DNA of 63,652 bases, counting the filler, from Bigelowiella natans CCMP2755 (lineage: Eukaryota > Protista > Cercozoa), in the NCBI GenBank assembly GCA_000320545.1. It is 5 parts of 5 records of this genome, joined end to end, with 100 filler letters (N's around TTAATTAATTAA, not from the genome) between each part and the next. Parts side by side here need not be neighbours in the genome. Positions count along the whole stretch, not along the records: positions 1 to 28,304 come from ADNK01001803.1; 4 more parts are not named here. One strand, given 5' to 3'. Position 1 is the stretch's first letter, and each line of letters starts with the position of its first letter. The notes beneath the pieces are model-generated. The model worked only from the letters and a program-made list of their open reading frames with translations. It was not told where the DNA came from and searched no databases. Below are positions 1 through 13,281 of this stretch, piece by piece. The position numbers were made by a program, and so were the translations under genes.

Positions 1-155
1 TAAATGAAAGGGTGGGAAGGAGAGGATAGAAACTAGGAACAACCATGCTGGATGGAAAGGTACAAAAGGATGGCAGGGGCCGGGGCGTGTTGGGGGGGGG
101 GGGGTTAGGAATCATATCGTATCATCATACTCTATTTCTTTGATTCTGCCTTCAG

Positions 156-915
156 ATACCAGGAAACATTTCTTCGGGACATTTTCTACGCCGCCAACAC
201 GTTTGCGAACGTGTCGCTCACCTCGAAAAGGGCCAGTCGAGCCCCTCTTTCCTTGCAGCTTGAGCAAGAGGAGAATGAAAGGTTAGTGATCATCCAATGG
301 CCGCTATGCTCAAATCACAGTTATTGTCTCGAATGATGGCCGTTCATCTTCAACTCGACGCTCAATCCAATCCCAAGAAAATCGCGAAAGTCATTGAGAG
401 ATTTTGTAGATTTATAACCTTTCCACCGCCTGTAGGTCGCTGTGCCGCATCATTGGAGTGACTTTGGAAACGAGGTGATAAATCAAAAACACATAGCATA
501 GATACTGCATTATCACTCCTCCCCCCTTATTGAAACGATAAACGTCACAACCAAACAGACCTGACTCGATCTGTGGAGAGGAGATTCGGCGCATGAGGAG
601 GCTTGGGTGCACACGTGTGCAACTAGGAATACAGCATACGAACGACCTCATTCTGAAGAAAATCAATCGAGGATGTATGTGCGATTACTGTCAACTTAGA
701 GGGGCATTGCTACTACATGTATACAAACCAGAACTTACCATGTGATGGGAGTATAGCATGGGGGGGAGGGCGCGGAAGTGAGGCTAAATTTGCATATTAT
801 TGACGGTCCTGTAGGTACGACAAAGCAAGCAATTCAAGCAGTCAGAATGCTTAAAGACTCGGGATTTAAGGTAATCACTGGCTTTCTTCTTCTTCTTCTT
901 CTCTGTCTCTCTCTC

Positions 916-947
<32 letters not shown>

Positions 948-2153
948 CCCCTCTCCCTTCACAATCCAGAAGAGGTTAGTAGAGTTATAAATCTTATATT
1001 AGATTAAATCTTATATTAGAATATGGTCGTTTCATTCCTCTTCCTATTCTTCCTCATTTTTTTTTTTCTTGCCTTAATGCTTGTCCTTCGTCGTCTCCCT
1101 GAAACGGCTTTTTATTCTCTGTTGTTGCTCCTTTACCAGATCGACTTCCATTTAATGCCAGACCTCCCCGGTAGTAGCTGCAACCATTGCCGTACGCACC
1201 TCTCACACCTTTTTTCTCCAAGCTTTGTCTTGCAAAGATACATGCGGTCTAATGTGTATTTCTCCTTTTGATATTGCCTGAGTATGCGGTATTACCATGT
1301 CTAGGCTCTACTGCGGAGAAAGACCGAGAAATGTTTGATTTCGTGCTTAATACTCCACACTTACAGGGTTATTACTGGCTAATCTCTACTGTCCTACTTC
1401 TTCTCACTCATCCCCCCACCCCCTCCCCATGTCTTCGATGATTTCAAACCGTTGCAGTAACTGAGAATGATATGTGTTGCTTCCAATTTGATAGCTGACC
1501 AATGGAAGATCTACCCCTGCCAAGTCACACCTTGGACTGTTATTTCCAAATGGTTTGAGCAGAAGCTCTACACGCCGTATCCTCCCAACGGTAAGTTGTC
1601 TTGTGGTGACGATTTTAGACTCGTAATTCACGTTAGAACGGGCCTGTTGCCTCTACCTATATTAGCCTTCGATCCTTTGTCCAAAACGTTGGATTAAATC
1701 ATATGATGACATGCCGCGAGACTCCGTTAATCCTCCTCCTCTTTTCTCCCCGCATACTCTGATCATCGCCTTGTTGCTGGTGCTATCATCTGAGCTCAAA
1801 CACTATATGCATTTGTCGGCAGAGTTGTTGGAGCTGATAGTGTGGGTGAAAGCTCGTGTGCCTCCATGGGTTCGCCTTAATCGCATCATTCGAGATATTC
1901 CCTCCTCGTACGTACTTGGAGGTACTTCGCATCAATTCGTGGATGATGTCATTTTGCTGTTGTTCATGTTGATTTCTCTGCCCTCTGTCTCTCCGTTGCA
2001 GGCAATAACGTTACGAATCTGCGCGAGGCCGCGCATAAGCTGCTGCTCTCCAGAGGAGGAAAATGCGTATGCATACGCTGTAGAGAAGTGCGAGATCAGA
2101 TTCAAAAGCACGATATCGATCGCAGCGAGTACTGTGTTATAACATAGATACAC

Positions 2154-2225
<72 letters not shown>

Positions 2226-2236
2226 AATATATATAC

Positions 2237-2273
<37 letters not shown>

Positions 2274-2496
2274 TGTCTACGATTTGTCTGTACTCGTCTA
2301 CAACAGGCTTGTGTCGCGCGAATACAATGCCTCTTTTGGCAAAGAAGTGTTCCTGTCGTTCGAGTCTGAGGATAGAAATAAAATTTATGGTTTTTGCCGC
2401 TTACGGCTCAGTAACAGCGCAGGAAGATTGGAAGGAAGTCAGTGTGCAAATTATAACTACGAATATAACGTGTGTGTATTTGTATTTATATGTGGA

Positions 2497-2537
<41 letters not shown>

Positions 2538-3031
2538 GCGTGTATATAAAATATGGTGTTGATTGGCTATACGGTAATTTCATAGCCTTTATTATTTTTT
2601 GACCGCTGTTTCATCTTCCTAATGTATCACTTCTATCCTTCACGTCCTCTCACTTTCCGCCATATTTATCATATGTAAACGCAGACACCGAATCGCCTTT
2701 ATCATCCTCCGTGCCACTATCATCTTCGAAACCTTTGTTCCCAACCTTAATCGGATGCGCACTGATCCGCGAATTGCATGTTTATGGTCGTGTTCAACGA
2801 GTAGCTCAGCATACATCAAGCAATGTTTCATCACTGCCATCGTTACCGCCATCATCGTCATCTCGCGCACAACATCTCGGTCTTGGCCGCCGTCTCATGG
2901 CTGCAGCGGAAGCCATCGCTACTGCAAACGGTTTTAAGAAATGCGCTGTGATCGCTGGGATTGGAGCTAGAGAATATTATCGAGGACTTGGATACAGACT
3001 TGAAGACACATACATGGTGAAGGATCTGTGA
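156..3031 (+). CDS. ELP3: Elongator-type radical SAM / lysine acetyltransferase ELP3, multi-exon, 5' end outside window
   Basis: Spliced exons read IIGVTLETR|PD...RRLGCTRVQLGIQH, IDFHLMPDLP, DQWKIYPC, VPPWVRLNRIIRDIP and ALIRELHVYG...QHLGLGRRLMAAAE...VIAGIGAREYYRGLGY...YMVKDL*. These are the ELP3 radical-SAM and KAT motifs. Junctions checked (e.g. 476/560) are GT-AG and keep frame. Confidence 0.95.
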
Positions 3032-3299
3032 CGGTGTGATTGGGCAAATTTGAATGCGAACCACTTCTAGCTTTATTGTTGTAGGTTCATGCATCATTAA
3101 TCGCATTGAATCGATTTCACTGCTGCATATGCTTTTCTGCGTCTACTTATGCACAGTATAAGCAGCTTATCTGCACACTCAGCAGACAATTTTAGATTCA
3201 ATTACAACACTGAAACGTCACCGTACAAGTCAAAAACGAGATTGACATCACGGACCAGATAAACAAGTGCAATACTAGAATAAGAGAACTAGGAGAATC

Positions 3300-4400
3300 C
3301 CGTTCCCATGTCATCCACGACACAGGATCGATCATGCTAGCATGCTAGCATGTCTCTAGTCATGCATGCCCTGAGCACATCTCTAGATCTGAGGTCAGCT
3401 ACACGTGTGCGTGTTTGGTTCATGTGTTGTTGACGTTCCACACGTGTAGCCATGCATGCCCACGCCATTGCATGTGAACTGCATCCGAACTGCGTGCATA
3501 TACCAAAACAAAGCAACACACGTGCAATGTTTGCATGTGCTGTTTGCCATGCACGTGTGGGAACCGAGCACATCTAGACATGCACACATGTGACGTGCTG
3601 CAAGCGCAGTCAAATGCTTGGTGTGCATGGCTCCGAACCATGTTCATTTGCCGTCAAACAAATTGACCCAACTGCCATCTAGCCTTGCTAGCACATTATG
3701 CATGTAGTGCTAGCGTGCGACAGTGCCTTCACATGCTGGCAACACACATCAGTTGTTCTCCCACCAGCCCACTTGAAAAGCTGAACGTGATCTTGAAGCG
3801 AGCTTTATTTGACATGCTGCCATGCATCTTCATTCGTTCATTTTCAAATCTGGAAATGCTAGAGTGCTGTGCTAGTGTGTTGCGTGGTTTTTGGAGTGAG
3901 TTGCGTTGGACGATGTGCGAGTCTTCCCCACTGGTGCGTGCAAAAGAGTGTTTTGCAGATGCACAATTGGAAGACAGAGCTTCTTGCAAGTGATCTAGCC
4001 GCTGGCCACAAGTGGAAAAGTCACAACTAGACAAGGACACAGTGATCACAGTGGTGTCACACGCACCATGCACACATTGCGTGTTGTGCATGTCTGTGAC
4101 GATCTTTCAGTCGCAGCTTTTTTTTGGCCGCGTTGTGATGCTCCGTCACCGACGCTAGGGCGCCCCCTGCCGCATGAGTGTGCTGACACATTCATGGTGC
4201 ACTCAACCCAAAAGCACACAATGTCGATCGCAGGGGCGTTGCAAGAGCACGCTGGCATGTGGCGGTCTAGCGGTGCCTCACCATCGTTTGAGCAAAGCTG
4301 GAAAGGGAAAACACATGTGTCGTCATGTGCATCTCATCACAGAAATGTAGTTGCCCAGACTGGTACATGCTAGCAGAAAGGAAAAAGTGATTTCATTTGG
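3300..4400. other. TpA-depleted, CTAG-retaining intergenic island A, probably decayed coding or repeat DNA
   Basis: About 24 TA dinucleotides in 3301-4380, about 15 of them inside CTAG. Rich in CATG/TGCA/CACA/TGTG. Fragments are protein-like but stop-interrupted. Confidence 0.8.
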
Positions 4401-4895
4401 AGTGACCACGGCATTGAAGCAGAACCATGAACAACGAACGTGGTGATGAACTGCACTTCTAAAGCACGAAACGCGACGCAGTGACGCGCCAATGTAACGG
4501 ATTGCCAGAAATCTCGTTCATTTTCAGGAAAAACAACATGCGTTTAAAAGTCTGCGACAACAAATAATTGTCGTTGTCATCAAATTCTCCTTTTTCTGCA
4601 GTACTGAAGCGATTGTGCTGCGCTTCCACCTGGAGTGTGAGGAACATTGTGCCGCATGTCAGTCAGAGTTCCAGATCTTGGAGCAGCGTAGTCCGCACGC
4701 TTTTCGAAAAGTGACAGGGAGTGGGGGAGAAGATGTCTTTGCTAATGCCAAAAGGAGCCACTCTTAGAAAACGTGGGAGATGACGAAGAAGTCACTACTT
4801 TTCATCCACTCTTCAGAAATCATTCTGCTGCGCTCTTCGCAGCAGCAATTCAAGGCTGCATTTGCAGGACTGAGATCAGAGCTACTTAAATTCGA

Positions 4896-7800
4896 ATGGC
4901 GGTCGCTGCAGAGCATTATAGCGGGGCGAAGGGAATCGTTAATCTCTCATTGATTGCATCATCTGCGATTCTCTTCTTCATAGAAGTCACTGTGCTACTG
5001 TCGAGACGAAGAATTAAGGTAGGTCATGGGCATGCAGGATTTAGGACTTTAGATGTTCGCGAAGCACATACGCACATATAGTCGTTCTACATTCGTCTAA
5101 TCGCTAAGCTGTGTTCATGGTAAAATTAATTTTGTCATTTCTTTTTTTAATTGCATGATCAGCCAAGTCCACAAATTGGAGTTCAAGTAGGTGTGACGAT
5201 TACAACAGCATTTTCAGTGGCACTGTTCGTATGGATGGACATAGGAATTGCATGGAGACCATGGATTATACTCTCTACCCTCACAACTGTGGTGCTCTAT
5301 GGAACAATTGCGACCTTTGGTAAGCGGCCAGTGCATTGTGCTTCGTTTCTACTAGATGAAAAATATTGACACACCTGTAAAAAAAAGAGAAGAAATACCT
5401 GAATTAGAAATTTACACGTTGACAGTATTCGTACTATTGTTTTCCTGTCGAAAGAATAAAACTATAAATGTACCAAACTCTGCTTCTATATTTTCTTTTG
5501 ACTCCTCTTAATGCGATTTTCCAGTTCAGACGATTTGCGTGGTGACAATGCCAATTATTAGCTCATAGCTGCTTTCATTCCATCACATCCCTTAGTTATG
5601 TCCTTAGTCAACGGTGTTGTAAAAAATCCTTTCGGCAAAAAGTGAGTCTCATTTTTTATGCAATGTCACCATCTTCTGCTTTATTATTTTTTAAATTCAA
5701 TGCCCCTTATCACCTTATCACCAATATCAATTTGCTTGGATATGCATTTTCGGATCTCAGATATCATCGTCATGAGTTTAGGATTTACCAAGACAGGCTT
5801 ATATTTGTACCTATCTTCCTTTATGCAACAGTCCAAGCTGTGCTTGTGGTGCTTGCTCTTGTGTACGACCAAAGCCTCTTCGTCGAATTGGTAAGTAGAT
5901 CATACCTGCTAATCCACCATCAACTCTTCATTTACACGAACGGTACTAAACTTCCTTAATTACTTTTCTTTAGCTTATTTAGTCTTCTCTTTTTCTTCAA
6001 CCAATAGTTTATCATTGCCATGATCAGATATTGCTTTGCCACGGTGCCATGCTCCTCTGTCTTACAATTGGTAATCTTCTCCGAAATTCTTTATTTCTTT
6101 GGTCTTGCATGTCATTAGATTTGTGATTGTTGAATATTGTCTAACTATATGTGTTTTAACTCTTTGATTTCAAATCACGGTGACAACATATTATTCCCGC
6201 CTTACATTAGTTGCTTCCCGAGTTCTCTATATAATCCGTATAATGGTTAAAGATGGAATCAAATCGCAGAAGGTATAAGACATACGTTTGTAATCTTTGA
6301 ATCTCATCTTCCGCTCGCTTAAGTAGCCACTTGAATTACTATCGCTATATAGTCATTTCTCTCTGGGAAAATGGGCGGTAGTAGCAACCGTCGCTGCGGC
6401 GACAGCAAATATAAAAGTAGCAAGAACACTACTCCAAATAATAACCAAGATAGAAATAGAAATAATATTTCATTCTTCGGTTATTGTTCTTCTACTCCTC
6501 GTAAGGGAGTAGCATTCGAGGTGAAGAAGGAAAATGTGAGCACCGAAAATGGCGACAAGGCTGCCGAGAACGACAAGAACCGGAAAAACCGCAAGGATAC
6601 TACTGCCCTCGCAGAACCATCTTCCGACATAAAAACCATTTCTAATGATGATGTCACACTACCTTCGGGTCATCCATATCGGGATTTCCAACATACAAAA
6701 GAGAGGGAATGGAAGCACCGGGATTCCAAACTAAAATCCGCTCATGCTTATCCCGTAGATACTGGAAGATGTAATGAAGCAAGAGCGTTTTCCTCTCAAA
6801 AAGAGATGACAACACCAGGACAAAATGCAATATCTTCCAAAGCATCAGTTGCAGCCTCCCAACACCGAGTATTAATTAAACCGCACCAAATCGGGACTAC
6901 AAAAATTGAAATAAAGGAATCAATGTTGGTAGCTACGACTTGTCAAGTAGCGGAAACAATTGTTACAGCTTCTATCACGAGGAAAAAAAGGACAGATTGT
7001 CAAGGTCCAAGTGGAGAGTCATCTAAATTAGATACATCATGTTCTAATGTCGCCGTTCGAAATGATGAACTAGACAATACTCTAACTGATAGAAAGCCAC
7101 CATTGTTGGAACAAACGTCAGTAATAACAGTACTTCAGACTACAGAAAATTGCAGCGATAGACCAATGGATTATAACGAAAATATAATCTTTCAAAAAGA
7201 TATTAAGAAAGAAAATTCGTCAGTGAATCAAACCCTGAACTGCGTTAGTCATGCCAGTACGAGGAACAATGAGAATGAAAATGGTAGGAAACGCCAACCT
7301 CCTCCTGGTTCGACAACGGGAACTAGTAGTTTTCAGTTGCCCGATGCAACTCTTCCCCCTGGGAAAGTCACTCAAGAAGATACTTCTATTTCTGCATGGA
7401 GAGAAGGGGGTATCTCGAACAGGAATCACTGTAACAGCATCAGTAATACTATTAGCTCTCCTCCAAGGATCATTGGAATTCAATCTGATCCCCCTCCCGC
7501 GCAAACTAATGCTAATGCCCCAAGGAAGCTCCAACTGCTAGAAGAAGACGAAACTGCCTTTCCCTTAACTTCTAATTCCTGCCATCAAAGCAGCTCCCGT
7601 GAAAAAGCGTGCCCTGACAATAATGGTGCTGATCAGACTGATCATAATGTGGGGAAAGATTGCCATACTAAAGGACAACGACAGCGACACTTTTCATTTG
7701 TAAAGCCGTGCACTAAAAATGGTGCTCCTGAGGAGGAAAAAAAAATAGCAGCTATCACAGAGAATAAAATTTTCACGAAGATGAAAGACAGTGAGAGACG

Positions 7801-10015
7801 TAGAGGGAGGGGAATGTCCTCACCAAATAGACAGACCCGAACTATAAACATGGCTGATAGCAGACTTCGTGCGTCATCGTATCGGGGTGGTGGCAGTGGG
7901 ATCGAAGCGAGTGGTTATGGTAGTAGCCGTTTTTCGCGTTATGTGAACAGACGAACGTCACATTGTTATAGCAGCAGAAGAGAGCGTGAAGCAAGAAATT
8001 TGCGACATGGGCAGCAACTGAAAGATGTCTCTACAAAGGTGATCGTGATGAATATTGTGAGGTTGTTTGAACAATATTTCAACTGCTTAAGCTTTTTATC
8101 CATTTAAATTTGAATGATGACATCTTCTCTTACAAGCAGTCGTGATTTGTAAATTGAGTTTGTCATTGTAATAACAGCTATGTAGGCTAATGTGGGGAAC
8201 CCTTTTTCTCGGAACTGTATTCTCAGGTTGCATTACTTGACTACAATCACATTATTGATTTAGACATGTTTACTGTTGTATCCTGCAGACTGCAGACTGC
8301 TCCTTATTAGTGTGATATTTTAGTAATATACATATGTTTGTTATAGATAATTTAATGATCCTAACTTTACTTACTCGACTTTGTAGCTGCGATGATATCC
8401 ATCGCTTGCTTGATGCTGTCGAAACTAGAAAGTAATGGGACCGAGTCTCGATTTAGCCAAAGCTTTCGAAACAACCAAGTAACTAAGAAGCTTTATAAGC
8501 ACATAAGCACAGAGTAAAAGCATACATAACAGTTCAATTTCTGATTTCAGGAGGACAATGACTATCCTCTCCAGCGGCTTCGCATTGAATTGTTCATGTT
8601 TCCATTCGTATCGGCAATATTGATGTACTATGCATGGGCTCCGGGGTCTACCATTATTTCGTCTTCAGTGTGTGGTCGTAGATGCTGGAATTCTCTCATC
8701 GGCGGTTGTCCATGGCTTTGGAAAAGGGGGAAGGATGCAGGAGATACAAAAAGCAGTCGCCGATGTTCCGCTGCATCTAGGTGTTGCATTGTCGCATTTA
8801 CTCTACCAAATTATTCATATAAGATGTATACCCAGTTGTTGTATTTTCGGTCTAATGTCCTCAAAGGATTTGTTTTGGCACGTAAACTCCAAGACTACAT
8901 TTCCTGCATAGAATACCCATATACATTGGTTCTTCATCATTTTTCAAACTACTTTACACACTCTAAAAATCACAGATGCAATTCGCAACACATCTTATTG
9001 ACATGTTGAACGATTGTGAATGCTCAGGGCAGCAATTGCTTCATCCCTACGAAGGACTAGGGAGGGTAGTGAATTTGCTAGACATTATGAAACCAAAATC
9101 GGTTTCGTTTCGAAAAATCCCCAGTTCGGATCGCAATTTGTGCATCAACATCGTCGGAACACATTTTTGGATAACGGAAAAGGCAACGCTATAGTTTCAC
9201 CATCTACACCAGCCGGTTTTGTCCCTACTGGAGGAATCAAATCCCCATTTCATAGGAAGCAGACCACCTCTAAACCCCCCTTACAATTGCCATTTGCCAG
9301 CTCTGTGAGAAAATTAGCCAGCACTACAACTTCGTACCCAAGCCACAATGATGTTATAAGTGAAAAAAAATCAGAAAATGTAGCAGCACTGGGCGAAAAT
9401 AGGGGAACAGAGAAGGCAGAAATCCGGGACATAGATCCCTCTATCAACGGAAACACCTCGAGGAGAAAGTCTTCCGCTCTGTTCTCAAATTCTGTAATTC
9501 CTCCTGGGAAAAAAGGAAGGATTCGATGCAGTAGTTCATCATCGATAACTATGTCCACTAGCTTTCCACCACCTCTCGTCAGACGCACAAGTAGCTCTAC
9601 TAACATTTATAATCATGGGTCATGTACTCGACTCACTAATACTTCTGGTGCCAACCTTTGTAGTTCTACAATTGCATCTGCAGATAATCACTCAACAACG
9701 GAAATATCTTCCAATGTTCGAGATGATCCAATTGCTTTGTCTGTAACCCGAGATTCTACGCACTGTTTACCTTCAAATCATCGAAATAGTGACAGCAACA
9801 ATGGAAATTTTGTTAACAATAAGCCGTCGCTTAAATTGCACTGTCTTCGTTCTTCCTCTTCTCTGCAGTGTAAATCATCACCATACTCCGATCATATGTC
9901 TCCACCGTCACCAAATTTACAGCCAATGTCTTCTGGCAACATGGAATCGAATGCCAGTCTTTTTCATTTTGCAGCGATCAGCAATACCACAAGTAAATCA
10001 GGTGATTCAAAATGA
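4896..10015 (+). CDS. Hypothetical multi-pass membrane protein with long Ser/Thr/Asn-rich disordered regions, multi-exon
   Basis: Hydrophobic exons at about 4896-5020, 5160-5318 and 5750-5890. Exon 6211-6273 (ASRVLYIIRIMVKDGIKSQK) splices in phase to 6353, which runs into the 578-aa ORF. Further exons lie at about 8550-9060, then terminal exon 9124-10015. Start and some internal junctions are uncertain. Confidence 0.6.
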
Positions 10016-10259
10016 AAACTGGAATCAACACACCGAACGATATTTTTTCTGAATCATTGAATCACTGAATCACATGTTGGTAGGGCGCTAATTTGACTTT
10101 CTAATCCTCGTTAGCACTGGCAATTTTATCGGAAAATCAGCCAATGAAAACTTCTGAGACACATCTTCTCAACAATTCCATCACTGAGATGAAACACGTT
10201 TCAAAAGAAACTTGTATGGGCTCTAGCAGCACTGTTGATTGAAGGAACGTTGATGAAAT

Positions 10260-11340
10260 GTGCATCTGGACATGCTAGAATAGCACATGAAATCTTGCAA
10301 CATGCGCTGCCATCGATCTTCTGGTGTGCATCTCAAATTGATTCATTTCAAATTGCATCATTGTTGCTTTAACTGGTCTGAAAATGAGAATGTCCAAATA
10401 GACCATGTGCGAAATGACCAGAATAAGATGCTGTCAATCCTAGACACGTGTGAACAGCACAGCGTGCACGTGTCAGGCGCACTCATTTCGATCACTTGGT
10501 GCGCAGTCCGGTCACAGCATGCAGTGCTGCGCACAGGTCGTGCTCACGGCTGTCCCTCATCACGATTGAGCGAACGTCTAGCATCCAAAGCATGCTAGCA
10601 TGTGCATGATCAGACGTGCTGTGGGGCACGTAACGTCAACAACATGCCAGCATGACTGCGCCCAAAGAAAGGTTGGGCAGCTGTTCATGCGCACACAGGG
10701 CAAGCTAGCTAGCTAGCAAGTTCGTGGCACAGCATGTCGATCTCGAGCACTTCTAGATCTAGAGATTTCCAGACTTGGCATGGTCTCCAGGCTGCGTTTG
10801 GTGCAATCTTGGTCAAAACACCCCCTTGTTCATTGTGCGCAGCTGGCAGGTCTGCAATTCACAACACACAGCTTGTTTTGCACCGGCACCGGCCTGGGCA
10901 TTTCTAGCGTTTGCGCACAGCAACGCTCACAAACAAAATCATTGCGAGGACTTCTGAACTTATCAGCACCCCACTGTTGTTGGTTGTCGAAAAGCCAGCA
11001 ACGTGTAGCTGTTCTGGCGTTGGGAACGATCGAAACAAGGACGAAACACTGAACGACGTTGAACGTTGAACTGAGCAACACCAAACCGGTGCAAAACAAC
11101 GTGCGCAAGGACCACATGGGAGACACACACTTGCACACAGCAGCACCTAGAGGCAAAAACCATTGCGAGGACTTGTCAGCACCCTGTTGAAGGTGAGTGA
11201 AGGCTGGCATCAGTTGATTGTGAAGCATTGGTGCAAAACCACGTGAGCGCAAGAACCACATGGGAGACAAGGACAAAAGGACCTGGTTGGTCAACTGCGA
11301 CATCTTTCTTGTGCTGGCGCAAGGAAATGCTGGCCTTTGT
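10260..11340 (+). pseudogene. TpA-depleted island B containing a degenerate ankyrin-repeat relic
   Basis: About 18 TA in 10261-11340, about 11 in CTAG. 11089-11160 reads VQNNVRKDHMGDTHLHTAAPRG (ankyrin G-x-T-x-L-H-x-A-A-x-x-G pattern). Internal direct repeats: CATTGCGAGGACTT at about 10940 and 11161, ACCACATGGGAGACA at about 11111 and 11256. Frameshifts and stops present. Confidence 0.6.
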
Positions 11341-11611
11341 TTTGAAGACATCAGCAATCCGTATGTGAATTAGATCTTCTGGGAAATTTCAATTGAGTAG
11401 TAGATCTATCTCCGATGGAATAAGTCCGCAATCAATTGAAACTTACTCATTTCCCTCCGTTCAGCCCGTTGTGTAGGGCATGTCCATGTGGGCATCCCAT
11501 GCGGGAAACATCTTTTATTTTTACACTCACAATGATTTTGCACAGCCGCACGGTTTGTAAGAAGTTTCCCCGAAGGAAGATAAACCAAAAAGGCGCAGGA
11601 AGCTTGGCAGG

Positions 11612-13244
11612 ATGGGGGTTGCTGCGAGTACGTCGGCTGGATGGACGTGCACCGCCCTGGCCCAGGGAGGGAAAAGGGAGCCAGGAGACGAAATCAAGTT
11701 CTCCGATCTGTTTGCAGATGAAATGGTATACTGGCAACGGGTCACTGCTTATATCCTCGCGATTTGACACACGTGTGGTGTGCGTGTGATGCCTGCAGTT
11801 GCAGGAGGCCCAGCCTAAGAGATCTCGCGCAGGTCTTATCGCCCTTGGCGGCATCGGCACAGTTGTTACTGGGGTGATTGTAGGTAGAAAATGCTCAGTC
11901 ACGCTACGTGCGCATACTATTGTTGGCGATAGAAGAAGAAGATTTGCCCCCCCCCCCCCCCCCCCCCCTTAAACCCTTGGTGCCCTGAGCATGAACCCCT
12001 GGCCCGAGCCTGGGTCATTCCCAATGCCCGGAATTGGGGGGGCCGTGTTCATTTTGCACGTTTCAGGAATGCTACTGATGGGCGTTAAATACAAATAACT
12101 TTATTTTTTAAGGAAGACCTCCCCTCAACCCTGGGGGGTTTCCACGGGCCCCCCCACCCAATGCCCCGGATCATTTTTTGTTGATTGTAAACCTATTTCG
12201 GGGGGTAGACTTTGTGAGTCCAAGGGATCTTTTTCCAACACTGTCCTCCTTTTGTTCCTTTTCTTCGCGGGCACCCTAAAAAAAAATAAAAAGGTTTTAA
12301 AACCCCCGAAAGGGGGTCTTGGAATTTTTTGGGGTGGTGGTATTTCCCCGACCAGAGGGGTTTCGGAAAAATCAAAAGCCCATAAAAACCGGGAAACCGG
12401 GGCTGAACAAAAAGTTTCCAATTAAAAACAGCCCTTCCAAAAAGCCGCGCGGCCCCAAAGGGCCCCAAAATTTGAAATTTGGGAAAAAGTTTTTTAGTGC
12501 CCGGTTTTAAAGGGGTTTTGTTTTTTTTTTCCCCCCCCCCCCCCCCCCCCCCCTCTCTCTCTCTCTCTCTTTCTCTTTCTTCCTTTCTCTTTTCTCATTG
12601 CGATTTCGTTGCGAAGGGCTCTGGAGATGGCAGGGTTGTGATTCAGGCAGCCAAAAAAGGGTGAGAAAAGGAAATTAATGGAATCTGAAAATGTGGAGGA
12701 AGAAGGGAATGGGCGGTCGTAGATCTGTATGGAAAGATAGTGCATATATGTTATAAGTGGAATAAGAACGTAACTACTAATCTGATAATGTGTAAAATAC
12801 ATCTGTATGTGAAGGGGAGGGGGAGAGGGTCTGCTTCTCTCTCTCTCTACCTCTCTCTCTATCTCTCTTTCCCTCTGTGCGTGTGGCATGCATCATGAAC
12901 ATTGTTGCTTGCTTATTGCTACCGTCAGGATACGGTCAAAAGGCTACGAAATAAATTCGGTTGTGCAACATATTTATAACATATTTATATAGTTTTCCAT
13001 CTCTAATCATTTATCATAGCTCATGATTTATCACAACCATTTCATCGTCCAATTTGTTACGTTCCCCCCCCCCTCCCCCTCCCCCTTTCCCTCCAACCTG
13101 CAATGTCGTCGATCGGCACAAAAGTGGCTCGTTGTCTACAGTATGTACAGCGCCTGGCGGCAGGGGTTATCGCGCTTGGCCTCTTTTCACCGGAAAAATC
13201 TGTCAGTTCCTATATTTTTCTATTATTTTGTTGTTCTTGTGTAC

Positions 13245-13281
<37 letters not shown>

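Noticed and set aside
11947-12553. Odd homopolymer-rich segment suggesting foreign DNA
   Set aside because: It lies between poly-C runs inside a coherent gene and has the look of degraded chromatogram reads.
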